Shown: positions 27,033 to 36,161, counted from the first letter of the stretch. The stretch is 43,052 nt of DNA from a virus (IMGVR_UViG_3300032373_000035:1-43052), one strand, 5' to 3'. The notes: a model not told the origin generated them from the letters alone. A program made the numbers and translations.

Positions 27033-27595
27033 TACCGGCGATAGAGCTTGGTGATCTTGTGCATGTAGCGGCTGCGGCCCACGTTGTGCCTGTTGCTCCG
27101 GTAGTCCTGGCTCTTGACCATAGCGCGTGCCTGGTCCCTGGCCTGTGCCACCGTAGCAGAGCTACCAGTGTTCCCCCGGAGGCTCTGGTGAAGCTGCAGG
27201 GCAGCCTCGCGGGCAACGTACTCTTGCCAGGCTGTGGGCGTGTCCTCGAAGTCGATCAGGTAGGTCAGGTACGCGGAGAGCGAGGAGCCCCACTCGTCCG
27301 TATCGTTGACCATGTCGTAGAGGACGCCTCCACGGACAGCCACGATGTACCTGTCGATGGTGGGTTGAACGGACAGGACCGACGACGAGATGAGGATGTT
27401 GTCGTTTACGTCAGGGGAGAGGGTCTTCTCTCCGGTCTGGTTGAACCACCAGCCCTTTTCCTGTTCCGTGCGGTCGATGTCCTCCACAAGAGCCTTCGCT
27501 CGCGCAACGACAGGAGAATCAGGCGTGTCCACTGAAGCAGCTTGCTCCAGATTCACAGAGGTAAGGACTACGTTGACTGCGCTGAGTAGAGTCAT
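27032..27595 (-). CDS. Tail tubular protein A / adaptor (gp11-like)
   Basis: LSAVNVVL, QEKGWWFN, RGGVLYD, FEDTP..EYV; follows capsid gene. Confidence 0.88.
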   Translation of the reverse strand: MTLLSAVNVVLTSVNLEQAASVDTPDSPVVARAKALVEDIDRTEQEKGWWFNQTGEKTLSPDVNDNILISSSVLSVQPTIDRYIVAVRGGVLYDMVNDTDEWGSSLSAYLTYLIDFEDTPTAWQEYVAREAALQLHQSLRGNTGSSATVAQARDQARAMVKSQDYRSNRHNVGRSRYMHKITKLYRR

Positions 27596-27613
27596 GTGGG
27601 TGTGGTGGAGAAG

Positions 27614-27648
27614 GAGAGGCCCCCCGGGGTTTCCCCAGGGAGCCCCTC
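27614..27648 (-). terminator. Long hairpin after capsid gene (T-phi position)
   Basis: Minus strand GAGGGGCTCCCTGGGG-AAA-CCCCGGGGGGCCTCTC with G-U pairs only on this strand; weak pyrimidine tail. Confidence 0.65.
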
Positions 27649-27655
27649 AGGGTTC

Positions 27656-28702
27656 CTACGGGCTCGTCAGGTCGGGTTGCGAGGCAGCCGAGTTGATCTC
27701 GACAGCAGCTTCCGGACGGGTGACGTTGGTACCCTTCATGACTTTCGACACGAGGATATCACCCTGGTACTCGATGCTGTACTCACGCTCGATGCTCATG
27801 CCACGGAGCCATGCCGAAGAGATGGCATCGCGGTGGAACATGGTCGTGAGGTAGCCAGCGCGGGTATCCGAACCGATGTTGGAGGCGGTGAACTCGCCCA
27901 GGTAGTCGTTGCCACCCGTGATGCCAGAGCCGTAGCTCGCGGTCACGAAGTCAGCGGTCGGGACGTTGTTGCTAACCAGGACGGTCGCACCAGCCATTCG
28001 CGTGACGTTACCTTCCGTGATCACAGCGGTTCCGCCGTAGTCTCGGTTGATGATGTCGCGGAATCGCATGATGTACCAGTAGTCGCCGGGGAGCAGCGGC
28101 AGGTACCGCTCACTCTTCGGGACATCCTTGGCGTCCATGATAGCCGCAGCGGCCTCGAACGACTCGTAGAGGCTCTCAGCCGAGCCCGCCGTGAACTGCA
28201 CATAGCCACCGAAACCGAGCGAACCCAGGTCGGTGTTGCAGATCGACGGAGCGGTAGTCGAGTTCGACCGGGCAGCACGGGCAGACATGACGAAAGCAAG
28301 CTGGTCGTACTGGACGGCCATGCCTTCACCAAGCTGCTTCGCGTACTCGGAACGAACCTCGTACTCGTTCATGTCGTCCTCGGACTCGTCCAGGAAGGTC
28401 GAGTTGACCATCTTGCGGTCGATCTGAACGGGGCGCTTCACCGAAGCAATCGCGTTCAGGTAACCGTCGTCGATGATCGACTCGCCCGGAACGTGCCAGG
28501 TCGGGACGGAACGACCAGTCGCCGGGAAGCTCGTGGACTTACCGTGCGGAATGGTCTTGTTTCGGATGAGGGAGTTGACTTGCGTAGAACGGTCATACGC
28601 AGCCATCACCTCACCCGCGAAAAGCTCCAGGTTCAGGGCTCGACTGTCACCAGACGAGTTGACCTGACCCGGGCGTGAGAAAATGTCGCTCGGAAGGGGC
28701 AT
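27656..28702 (-). CDS. Major capsid protein (T7 gp10-like)
   Basis: RALNLELFAGEV, TIPHGKSTSFPATG, YEVRSEYAKQLGE, VSNNVP, RPEAAVEI. Confidence 0.95.
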   Translation of the reverse strand: MPLPSDIFSRPGQVNSSGDSRALNLELFAGEVMAAYDRSTQVNSLIRNKTIPHGKSTSFPATGRSVPTWHVPGESIIDDGYLNAIASVKRPVQIDRKMVNSTFLDESEDDMNEYEVRSEYAKQLGEGMAVQYDQLAFVMSARAARSNSTTAPSICNTDLGSLGFGGYVQFTAGSAESLYESFEAAAAIMDAKDVPKSERYLPLLPGDYWYIMRFRDIINRDYGGTAVITEGNVTRMAGATVLVSNNVPTADFVTASYGSGITGGNDYLGEFTASNIGSDTRAGYLTTMFHRDAISSAWLRGMSIEREYSIEYQGDILVSKVMKGTNVTRPEAAVEINSAASQPDLTSP

Positions 28703-28779
28703 TTTTCAGAAAGGGGTTTGGGTTTCTCGGAAAAGAATGTTTGGCGGGTGATGGTGCGGTATCCGGATCGTGCCGGGCG

Positions 28780-29121
28780 CTACGGAAGTCTTGCGAGTTC
28801 GCCAAGAATGACTCGCTCCCACTCCTCGGGGGTGTACATGGTGGCCGCTCCAGGCGGCAGGGGGTCCAGGAGGTCTCCAGTCCAGTGCTGTCCACTGGCA
28901 ATCTCAAGAGCGAACCAAGTTCCCTCGTTGACATCCAGGGGGAAAGTCACAGTGAAACCCTGGGGGAGATACGTCTGGACATCGAGGCTCGCCGCCCCTA
29001 CTGCAACGACCCACTGGTCGGATGCCTTGATGTGCCCACGGAGTTCCCCGTCGATCTGGGTGAAAGTTCCAGCTTGACAGGAGACCAGCAGGGAGAGCAG
29101 TAGGGAGGCGACGAACTTCAT
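28780..29121 (-). CDS. Putative lipoprotein (113 aa)
   Basis: MKFVASLLLSLLVS-C lipobox; ATG 29121 lies 4 nt after the scaffold stop. Confidence 0.65.
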   Translation of the reverse strand: MKFVASLLLSLLVSCQAGTFTQIDGELRGHIKASDQWVVAVGAASLDVQTYLPQGFTVTFPLDVNEGTWFALEIASGQHWTGDLLDPLPPGAATMYTPEEWERVILGELARLP

Positions 29122-29125
29122 GTGA

Positions 29126-29851
29126 CTAGTTGCGGAAGAAGGAGGATCGGGAGAGCTTCTCTTCGACTTCTCGCCGGTAGGAAGCATCCGTTTCGTACAG
29201 GACAGCGCCGGAAGCGTCTCTCTTCTTCATCGCGGAGATCATCTCCGAGCGAGAAAGAAAGCCGGTCGTCTGGTTACTCAGCGAGGTGTTGGTGATCGGG
29301 GATGCCGGGTCTGTTCCGACAGCGGAGACATAGGCGCTCTTGATGCTTTCCAGCGCAATCTCCCAAGCAGCAACATCACCGCGAGCAAGAGCATCGTTCG
29401 CCACCTGTGCCTTGTCCTGAGCGTTCACCCCGGCCCACTGCGTCATCGCAGCATACGCCTCTTCCCCACCAACGATCTGCTTCCCCTTCGAGAGCGTCTG
29501 ATCAGCCAGGGCCTTGACGGCGTTCAGGTGAGTCTGCACGATCTCCTCGGGGAATCCCATCTGGGTCAGTTGGCCGATACTCTCAGCTGACAACTCACCC
29601 TTCTCCGCATACTCTTGGTAGAAAGCGTTGAGATCCGTTTGCGGAGCATCAGGAGCAGCAGGAGCTTCTCCCCCGCCAGCAGTGGGGGTAGTCCCCGGGG
29701 CCTCAGGTTTCTCTTCTCGCGGTTCTCCAAGCTTGGACTCCAGAGACTTGTACGCCTCCTCCAGCTTCTCCACGCTGTCGAACTTGCCAGCGTAGGTGAC
29801 TGCTTCGGTCTCCCCTTCGATGCCCGTGGGGACTTGCGGTTCGGTTTCCAT
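29126..29851 (-). CDS. Capsid scaffolding protein (gp9-like)
   Basis: AGKFDSVEKLEEAYKSLESKLG, VGGEEAYAAMTQWA, YETDASYRREVEEKLSRS. Confidence 0.9.
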   Translation of the reverse strand: METEPQVPTGIEGETEAVTYAGKFDSVEKLEEAYKSLESKLGEPREEKPEAPGTTPTAGGGEAPAAPDAPQTDLNAFYQEYAEKGELSAESIGQLTQMGFPEEIVQTHLNAVKALADQTLSKGKQIVGGEEAYAAMTQWAGVNAQDKAQVANDALARGDVAAWEIALESIKSAYVSAVGTDPASPITNTSLSNQTTGFLSRSEMISAMKKRDASGAVLYETDASYRREVEEKLSRSSFFRN

Positions 29852-29853
29852 GT

Positions 29854-30279
29854 CTAGTTACTCAGCTGCTCCATGATCGCGGCGGCGTTCGCGGCCCGCT
29901 GTCCTTGGCGCACCTTCTGCAGAGCTGCTCGCTCCGCTGCACCGGCTTCCCAGACAGCTGCGTCGATGTCGTCCCGTTCCTTCGGGGATCGTCCAGTGTT
30001 GATGTAGTGCGTACCACACCAGATGGCCCCGGGGTGCTTTGCTTCAACCTCGGGGTACCTCTTGGACCCGGTAACGCCGACGACCTGAGCCGTGCAGTTC
30101 TGCACCAGCGCAGCCAGCCGCATCTTCGACGGAGACTCCCCACCAGCACGCTCTTGGCGGCTCATGGGAATCGAGTTCGCGGTCTGCGGGGCAGGGGCCT
30201 CGGGGGCCGCTTGGGGCTCCTCAGACGGGCGCGGAGGAAGCGTGACTTCTTTACTGACTTTCTTGTTCTCGCTGGGCAT
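29854..30279 (-). CDS. Hypothetical protein between portal and scaffold
   Basis: 141 aa, overlaps the portal stop and ends 2 nt before the scaffold ATG. Confidence 0.6.
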   Translation of the reverse strand: MPSENKKVSKEVTLPPRPSEEPQAAPEAPAPQTANSIPMSRQERAGGESPSKMRLAALVQNCTAQVVGVTGSKRYPEVEAKHPGAIWCGTHYINTGRSPKERDDIDAAVWEAGAAERAALQKVRQGQRAANAAAIMEQLSN

Positions 30280-31750
30280 TGAGTTCGTCCTGAATCAAGG
30301 GAAGACCTTGCTGGGCAACGGCGGCTTGTTGCTGCGCCTGGAGTCCCTGCTGGTATTCTTCTAGGGTTTTCACGAAACTACCAGTCTCAACTCCAGAGAC
30401 CTTTCCGACCTCTAGCAAGATGTTGTGATAGTTGATCATCAACTCCAGGTGCTGCGGGGGGATAGACCCCTGCGCCATGCTGTTGAAAATCTGGAGAGCT
30501 TCCATTTCAGTGGAGCGCCCAAGACCTTCGATCCCGGTGATGAGTTGTAGTTCTACCACATTCTCGGGTAGAGCCGCCAGAACTCCAGTTTTCTGGAGGA
30601 AGTTCTCGGTGAGGGTCACGACTGGACCCTGGATGTCTTCCGCCATCTGACCGAAAGCTCCACCCAGGGCAACGTCGAGTTCTCTAGCGAGATAGGAGAT
30701 TTCTGTAGCGGTGACCCGCTCCCCCGATCTCTGAATGGTGGATCCCATGAAGAAGGCTTCCCGAAGCTCTTCCCGGGTTTCCCGGAGGAGACCCGCAGCT
30801 GTCTGCAGATCACCGAACTTGTCCAGCTTGGTGGTCCCGATGTCCTCCTCTACCCCGGTGATGCAGGCACCATTGTCTGCCATCTCGAAGTCTTGGATGT
30901 TCGTGACCCCCGCAGGGTTGAACAGGAAGACGACCCTGGCAGCGATGGCGGCGATGTCGAGGAGAGCCTCGGAGAGCCCCTCAGCAGACGCCAGATCCCC
31001 CACGATCTTGTCGATGAAGGAGCGCCCGTAGTCTTCCCCGGAGTGGTGCTCCCACCGCAGAGGGCGGAAGGGGACGAGGTGCTCGGGGTACGTTGCCTCA
31101 GTTCCAGGGACCAGCTTCTCGTCAGCTTCCTGCCAAGAGTCGAACATCTTGGGTCCGGTTCTCCGGAAGCAAGTGTAAATCTCCGTGGTCTCCTTATCAG
31201 GCGTCCGATACTCGGGCTCCAGCATGACACTGGCAACCTCTTCCCTGACGATGCTCTTGAGGATGTTGTCGGCGCTGTCCCGGGAGACAACGTAGTTCCT
31301 GAGAGGGACGAAGCGGAATCGAGCGGACTTCGGGACTTGCCACAGGGCTCCGTTCCCGCCGATGATCAGATTTCGCAGCAGTTCCGCAATACGGGGGCGG
31401 AACCAGGGCTGCTCCAGGGTGCGCCAGACGACCCTCGCTCTGTCCTGAAGCTGCTGGTCTACAGCCGGTTTCAGCCCCTTGCTCTGGGACACCTCGCTCT
31501 CGCCCTCGGCTGTGAGCCTGTGCTGGAACCACTGGACCCCCGTGGGGAACAGAGTGGTGAGCAGCTTGGAGGTGAGGTTCTCTACCCCCCGGGACCCCAC
31601 CGACTGATAGGGGTCGTTGAAGTTGGAGGAGGCGTTGTGCCCGTCTTGCGGGAACACAATGGGCTGGGTGAGCAGAGAGGCACGCTGTGCCCGGTCCATG
31701 AAGTGCTCACGGGCACCCAGCATGTGCGTGTACTCTTTCTTGAGGCTCAT
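30251..31750 (-). CDS. Portal / head-tail connector (gp8-like)
   Basis: PYQSVGSRGVENLTSKL, GEDYGRS, RSGERVTATEI, ITGIEGLGR. Confidence 0.95.
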   Translation of the reverse strand: MSLKKEYTHMLGAREHFMDRAQRASLLTQPIVFPQDGHNASSNFNDPYQSVGSRGVENLTSKLLTTLFPTGVQWFQHRLTAEGESEVSQSKGLKPAVDQQLQDRARVVWRTLEQPWFRPRIAELLRNLIIGGNGALWQVPKSARFRFVPLRNYVVSRDSADNILKSIVREEVASVMLEPEYRTPDKETTEIYTCFRRTGPKMFDSWQEADEKLVPGTEATYPEHLVPFRPLRWEHHSGEDYGRSFIDKIVGDLASAEGLSEALLDIAAIAARVVFLFNPAGVTNIQDFEMADNGACITGVEEDIGTTKLDKFGDLQTAAGLLRETREELREAFFMGSTIQRSGERVTATEISYLARELDVALGGAFGQMAEDIQGPVVTLTENFLQKTGVLAALPENVVELQLITGIEGLGRSTEMEALQIFNSMAQGSIPPQHLELMINYHNILLEVGKVSGVETGSFVKTLEEYQQGLQAQQQAAVAQQGLPLIQDELNAQREQESQ

Positions 31751-31921
31751 CTACCTGGCGAGGGGGATCGTGAGGGAACTAAGGGCAGCCTGCTGCAGCT
31801 GTCCCTCTAGCGTGGTAGGACGGGCACCCGAATTGGCCTGGAATGCCAGGGCACCCTCTTCCGGCGAGGGAAGGGGCGGCGGGGGCGGTGTGGGTTGTTT
31901 CGGAGCGCCGGGGCTACACAT
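31751..31921 (-). CDS. Small Pro-rich virion protein, gp6.7/7.3-like (56 aa, not in ORF track)
   Basis: MCSPGAPKQPTPPPPPLPS...SSLTIPLAR; stop abuts the portal ATG. Confidence 0.7.
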   Translation of the reverse strand: MCSPGAPKQPTPPPPPLPSPEEGALAFQANSGARPTTLEGQLQQAALSSLTIPLAR

Positions 31922-32144
31922 CTTCTCGTTGGGTTTCGTACATGATTCGCAGTTTCCGGATTAGAGACACGACCGCAGCCCGCTGCAGGAAGTCCTCTCT
32001 GGTAGTATCCGGGGAAGGGCACTTGTCAGGGTAGGTCCGTTCGAGCCATTCAAGAAGATTCAAGGAGATTTCCGGTTGATGGTCTCTTGAAGGCTCGGAA
32101 GCTGATACCCGCCCACGAAGTGCTTGTGATCTTGCTTTCCTCAT
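31914..32144 (-). CDS. Small conserved podophage protein at the gp6.5 position
   Basis: PEISLNLLEWLERTYPDKCP..AAVVSLIRKL; ATG 32144 avoids overlap with the + strand gene. Confidence 0.65.
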   Translation of the reverse strand: MRKARSQALRGRVSASEPSRDHQPEISLNLLEWLERTYPDKCPSPDTTREDFLQRAAVVSLIRKLRIMYETQREDV

Positions 32145-32178
32145 TATGCTACCATAAGAGAAACCGACCACGAATCTG

Positions 32179-32316
32179 ATGAAAAAACTGAACAAAGTTC
32201 TCTCGGTCCTGCCGAGTGTCCTCAAGCTGGTCCCTACAGATTGGCCCTCTCTGCTCCGCTTTTCGGTCTTCCTGGCTGTGATTCTCGGGGCTTCCTACTT
32301 CCTGAAGTTCCTCTAG
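32179..32316 (+). CDS. Small membrane protein, possible holin (45 aa, not in ORF track)
   Basis: MKKLNKVLSVLPSVLKLVPTDWPSLLRFSVFLAVILGASYFLKFL; ends 3 nt before the fibre ATG. Confidence 0.6.
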   Translation: MKKLNKVLSVLPSVLKLVPTDWPSLLRFSVFLAVILGASYFLKFL

Positions 32317-32319
32317 AAC

Positions 32320-34941
32320 ATGAATTCTTTCTCTCTCTACACCGTGAGCGGGGGCCAGACCCTGTTCAACATTGGGTTTGAGTACCTCCGAGCAGCCTAC
32401 CTACGGGTCTCCATCAACGATGTCCTGACGAGCGACTGGGCTCTGGCTGGCAGTGGGACCCAGGTGGACATCAGCGCCGCAGGAGCCATAAATGGTGATG
32501 AGGTAAAGATTTACCGCGTTACCCCCGTGGCTGACGATGACCGCCTGGTTCAGTGGCTGGATGGTGCCTTCCTCAACCAAGAGAACCTGGACACCCACCA
32601 GCTGCAGCTTCTGCACTCCATCCAGGAACTCATCGAGAACCCTGGGGAAACCGGGACGATCTTCGGAATCCCCACTGGGGGCACGACCTCTCAAGTCCTG
32701 ACCAAGCTGTCGGACACGGACTACGACGCCGACTGGGTTGATGCCTCCGGGGGTGGCGGCGGTGCCGTGGATAGCGTCTTCGGGCGCACCGGGGCTGTGG
32801 TCGCTGCTACCTCTGACTATGACGCCTCCCAGGTTGACAACGATGCCTCGGGCTTCACTGCTACGGATGTGGCGGGTGCACTGGAAGAGCTTCTGACTCA
32901 GGCGGGTGTCTCTTCTGTCTTCGGGCGCACTGGAGATGTGGTCGCTACTGCAGCGGACTACGACGGAATGGAAGTCACTGTGGGTTCCTGGGCTGGCGGC
33001 TCTCACGACTACGTCACCGACGCCCTGAACTTCCTCTTCGCCAGCAAGGACGACGGAGATGTGATCGGCCCGGGGTCCTCGGGGACCCGGAACATCTGCA
33101 CCTTCGCGGACACCACGGGTAAGCTGATCCAGGACTCTGCTGTGGAGGTCACCGCACTGCGGGTCATCCAGAACATCCTGGCACTGAGCGTCACCAACAG
33201 TAGCTCTGCTACCCCGGTGCTCGCAGCCAACTCTGGTGGTGCCACTTTCGACATCCGCTGTGGTTCCGGTACCCCAGCTGCTGAAGGACTCGCCGGAACT
33301 CTGGGTGCCCTTTACGTCCAGTGCACACCCGCTGCCGAAGGAGCCCTCTGGATCTTCACCTCCTCTGGTTGGGTGGACCTGACCGCAGCTACCGGCTCTG
33401 GGGATGTCTCTGGTCCTGGCTCCGGTACCGACAACGCTATCGCCCGCTGGGATGGGACTGGTGGGGATACCCTTCAGGACTCCGGTATCACCATCGACGA
33501 TGATGAGAACATCGACGGGGTCAACACCATCTCTGGCACGCTGCAAGAGAGTGCTGTCTCCGGTGGTCGCACCTTCCTCGACCTCAACTTCACCGACCCC
33601 GCAGACGGCACCACCGCCCGCACTGCTCGACTCTACATCGGCACGGAAGACCCCAACCAGAACTTCGACCCCTCCGGTGCCGCGTCTGCTGGCTCTGTGG
33701 GTGGGGACATCTTCTGGAAGATCGACGAGGATGGTCTGGGGAGCAACGACACCTCAGCCCTCTACCTCTGCACCAGGGGAGATGACTGGAAGCGCCTCCT
33801 AGCTACCAATGTTGCCACCACCCCCGGGCACTACTACGCTGATCTCAAGAACAGCGATGACAACACGACCCAGCCTGACACCAATGAGGTGATGAGGATG
33901 GAGTCCACGGGGACCAACGGGGATACCTGCAGGGTCTACGTCGGCACCCAGGACCCTAACGGTGTTGTCACCGGCACGGACGGAGCCCTGTACATCCGCT
34001 GTGCTGGATCTGCCTCCGCTCTCTACGTCAACACTAGCTCCTCCTTCTCCACTACCTGGACAGAGCTTGGGGCAGCTACGGGTACTTTTGTTGACAGTGT
34101 CGCCACCAGTGCATCCCTCGGGGAAGTTGCGCTGTTCTCTGACGATGACACGATCACTAACCTTACCTACGTCAACCAGAAGCTGATCCACGAAGCCAGC
34201 AATGGTCAGGATGGTTTGGCCGCAGGCTACTTCAAGGCTGACAGCACCGCCGCCGATACTGTCCCTGTCCTGGATCTCCAGAATTCTGGGACGAACGGTG
34301 GTGACGCCGATGTCTATGTCGGGAACAGGGACCCTGACAGCAACGTCACGGGAACCCTGGGGGATCTCTACCTGAATGACACGGGGGGCACCCTCCATGT
34401 CAACAAGGGAGGGAATGACTGGTCAGAGGTGGTAGACAAGGAGAGCGTCCGGGTGAACCGGGCCTACGCTGCAATCACCCACGGTGCTGGTACCACAACG
34501 CTGAACAGCACCACGCTTACCAGGCTGGACTACGATGACACCACTGCCACCCTGGCGAACGGGTTCGTTGCCACGGAACTGGATGGTGCTACCACAGGGT
34601 TCGACGCTCTGACCTGGAGCCCGGCTGATGGCCGCACCGCCACCTTTAGTCTGGTGTACAAGATGACGATCAAGACTACCTCCTCTGCTGAGATGGAGGC
34701 GAGGATCATCCCCAACATCAACTCCGGTGGGACCACCCTCACCAACGCTATTCTCTACTGCACCACCCACTCCAGGAACAACTCCAGGCAGTCAGCTACT
34801 GCTGCTACGGTGATCACCCTGACTGATGGTGACACCCTGGAGTTCCCCGCCTCCCTGGCCTCTGGCTCCAGCAACAACGGTGTTGTGGACAACTATGGCT
34901 TCTCGGCTACCCTGATCGAGCTTTCCTCCGACAATGAGTAG
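32320..34941 (+). CDS. Tail fibre with T7 gp17-type N-terminal attachment domain
   Basis: FNIGFEYL..IYRVTP..LVQWLDGAFLNQENLD..QLLHSIQE; internal SVFGRTG, GDVxGPGS and YxGxxDP repeats. Confidence 0.9.
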   Translation: MNSFSLYTVSGGQTLFNIGFEYLRAAYLRVSINDVLTSDWALAGSGTQVDISAAGAINGDEVKIYRVTPVADDDRLVQWLDGAFLNQENLDTHQLQLLHSIQELIENPGETGTIFGIPTGGTTSQVLTKLSDTDYDADWVDASGGGGGAVDSVFGRTGAVVAATSDYDASQVDNDASGFTATDVAGALEELLTQAGVSSVFGRTGDVVATAADYDGMEVTVGSWAGGSHDYVTDALNFLFASKDDGDVIGPGSSGTRNICTFADTTGKLIQDSAVEVTALRVIQNILALSVTNSSSATPVLAANSGGATFDIRCGSGTPAAEGLAGTLGALYVQCTPAAEGALWIFTSSGWVDLTAATGSGDVSGPGSGTDNAIARWDGTGGDTLQDSGITIDDDENIDGVNTISGTLQESAVSGGRTFLDLNFTDPADGTTARTARLYIGTEDPNQNFDPSGAASAGSVGGDIFWKIDEDGLGSNDTSALYLCTRGDDWKRLLATNVATTPGHYYADLKNSDDNTTQPDTNEVMRMESTGTNGDTCRVYVGTQDPNGVVTGTDGALYIRCAGSASALYVNTSSSFSTTWTELGAATGTFVDSVATSASLGEVALFSDDDTITNLTYVNQKLIHEASNGQDGLAAGYFKADSTAADTVPVLDLQNSGTNGGDADVYVGNRDPDSNVTGTLGDLYLNDTGGTLHVNKGGNDWSEVVDKESVRVNRAYAAITHGAGTTTLNSTTLTRLDYDDTTATLANGFVATELDGATTGFDALTWSPADGRTATFSLVYKMTIKTTSSAEMEARIIPNINSGGTTLTNAILYCTTHSRNNSRQSATAATVITLTDGDTLEFPASLASGSSNNGVVDNYGFSATLIELSSDNE

Positions 34942-34988
34942 TCCCTGACTTCCCGCGCCGTGCTAGATGGAACTTCGCTGCTGCGGGC

Positions 34989-35028
34989 GGGGGTTTCCTG
35001 GGGTAAATCCTGGGGAACCCCCCTTTTT
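34989..35028 (+). terminator. Intrinsic terminator after tail fibre
   Basis: GGGGGTTTCC...GGGAACCCCC stem followed by TTTTT. Confidence 0.7.
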
Positions 35029-35100
35029 ATTGGGGGTGAGCTGGCGATCCCACACTCTATGTCCATTGTGGGGCAAATAGGGCCGACTTGTGGTGTTCTT

Positions 35101-35417
35101 GGGGGGTTCTGTGGGGGTTCTGTGGGGATTCTGTGGTGCCACTTCTGGGACCCCGGGGAAAAATACTGCAGAAACCTGTTCACCCTAACGAAACCCTGCC
35201 GGGTGGCTGTTCCCCCCCGGTGCCCTGCGCGTTTCCCCGGGGAAAGCCCTGGGGAATTCCCTACTGTCTTCCCTGCTTCCTGACACTGTGTATCCCTGGG
35301 GAATTCCCTGGGGAAAGCCCTGGGGAAATCCCTACTGTCTTCTTCGGGGAGTACCCTGGGGATCCTACCTACTAGTAGGGAGCCTGACGCCGTGTTTCCC
35401 TGGGGAATTCCCTGGGG
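35101..35417. repeat. Short-repeat array, probable genome-terminus region
   Basis: 11-bp GGGG(G/A)TTCTGT x3; 12-bp CCCTGGGGAANN tandem units; 37-bp repeat 35235-35271/35306-35342; GGGAATTCCC palindromes. Confidence 0.7.
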
Positions 35418-35665
35418 ATTAGGGCTTTGTTAGGTGTCGGTGAGGCACCATAAGGGAACGTCTCCGAGAAAGCCGAGGGGGGGACCCTGGGGACTTCTTT
35501 GGGACACCTAAGTCCCTGCTACCAAAGGACTTACGACGATTGCAGGCAGGTTCTTTGGGGTACCGCGTTCGGTTCCTCGAAACGATCCGCTCAGTCATCC
35601 GCAGGGAGAGCTGCCGGGGGGATCCCCGGGACAGCCGACCCTGCAACCCACAACCAGAGACAGAC

Positions 35666-36052
35666 ATGACAGACAGCATTCAAGCGGACCCGCTCCAGCG
35701 TTCCTACGATCGCGACGGCCTCCAAGACATGTTCCACCGGGAACTGGCTCCTTGGGCCTTCGATCCGAAGGACTGGCCCACGGGGCCGCCGACACTCTCC
35801 CAAGCCATCGCGGCTCGGATGCTCCCTCCAGCAGACCTTCCGGGTCCCCGTTGGTCCCAGGGGCTTCTCGACCGATGGCGGGACGGTGACGAAGAGGAGG
35901 AAGCTCTCCTCAAGCTCGCGAACCGCATCCGGCAAGCGAGGGAAGACCGCTACGAACGCTGGCGGGGAATGGTCGAGAGAGTCTACTCCTGGGCTCCTGA
36001 GATTGGACCCTGCCCCAGCCGAGCTTCGATGCTCGCAATCTGCCGGGACTAA
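35666..36052 (+). CDS. First early gene, hypothetical (128 aa)
   Basis: ATG within the GAGACAGACATG leader motif. Confidence 0.7.
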   Translation: MTDSIQADPLQRSYDRDGLQDMFHRELAPWAFDPKDWPTGPPTLSQAIAARMLPPADLPGPRWSQGLLDRWRDGDEEEEALLKLANRIRQAREDRYERWRGMVERVYSWAPEIGPCPSRASMLAICRD

Positions 36053-36074
36053 CCCGGGGGGGCTTCGGCCCCTA

Positions 36075-36142
36075 CCCTAGACAGACCCTCCGCCTTGACG
36101 CGGCTCTAGGGCTCCCCACAATCGGTGGGGTCCAAGGGAGGG
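36075..36142 (+). ncRNA. HDV-like ribozyme candidate 1
   Basis: P1 CCCTAGA/TCTAGGG, P2 CCCTCC/GGGAGGG, P3 GCC/GGC, L3 TTGACGC, P4 CCCCAC/GTGGGG, J4/2 TCCAA. Confidence 0.8.
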
Positions 36143-36161
36143 ACTACAACCAGAGACAGAC

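Noticed and set aside
27596-27700. T7-style capsid 10B frameshift extension
   Set aside because: No clear slippery site, and only 60 nt (mostly hairpin) before the adaptor gene.
8356-33546. Long antisense ORFs (e.g. 8356-9762, 16653-18008, 21106-22380, 27596-28678, 32401-33546)
   Set aside because: Shadows of GC3-biased genes on the opposite strand, with no motifs.
34960-35375. ORFs in the repeat region
   Set aside because: Low-complexity translations of repeats that cross a terminator.
35235-35417. CRISPR-like array
   Set aside because: Repeats are short and tandem, without unique constant-length spacers; no cas genes.
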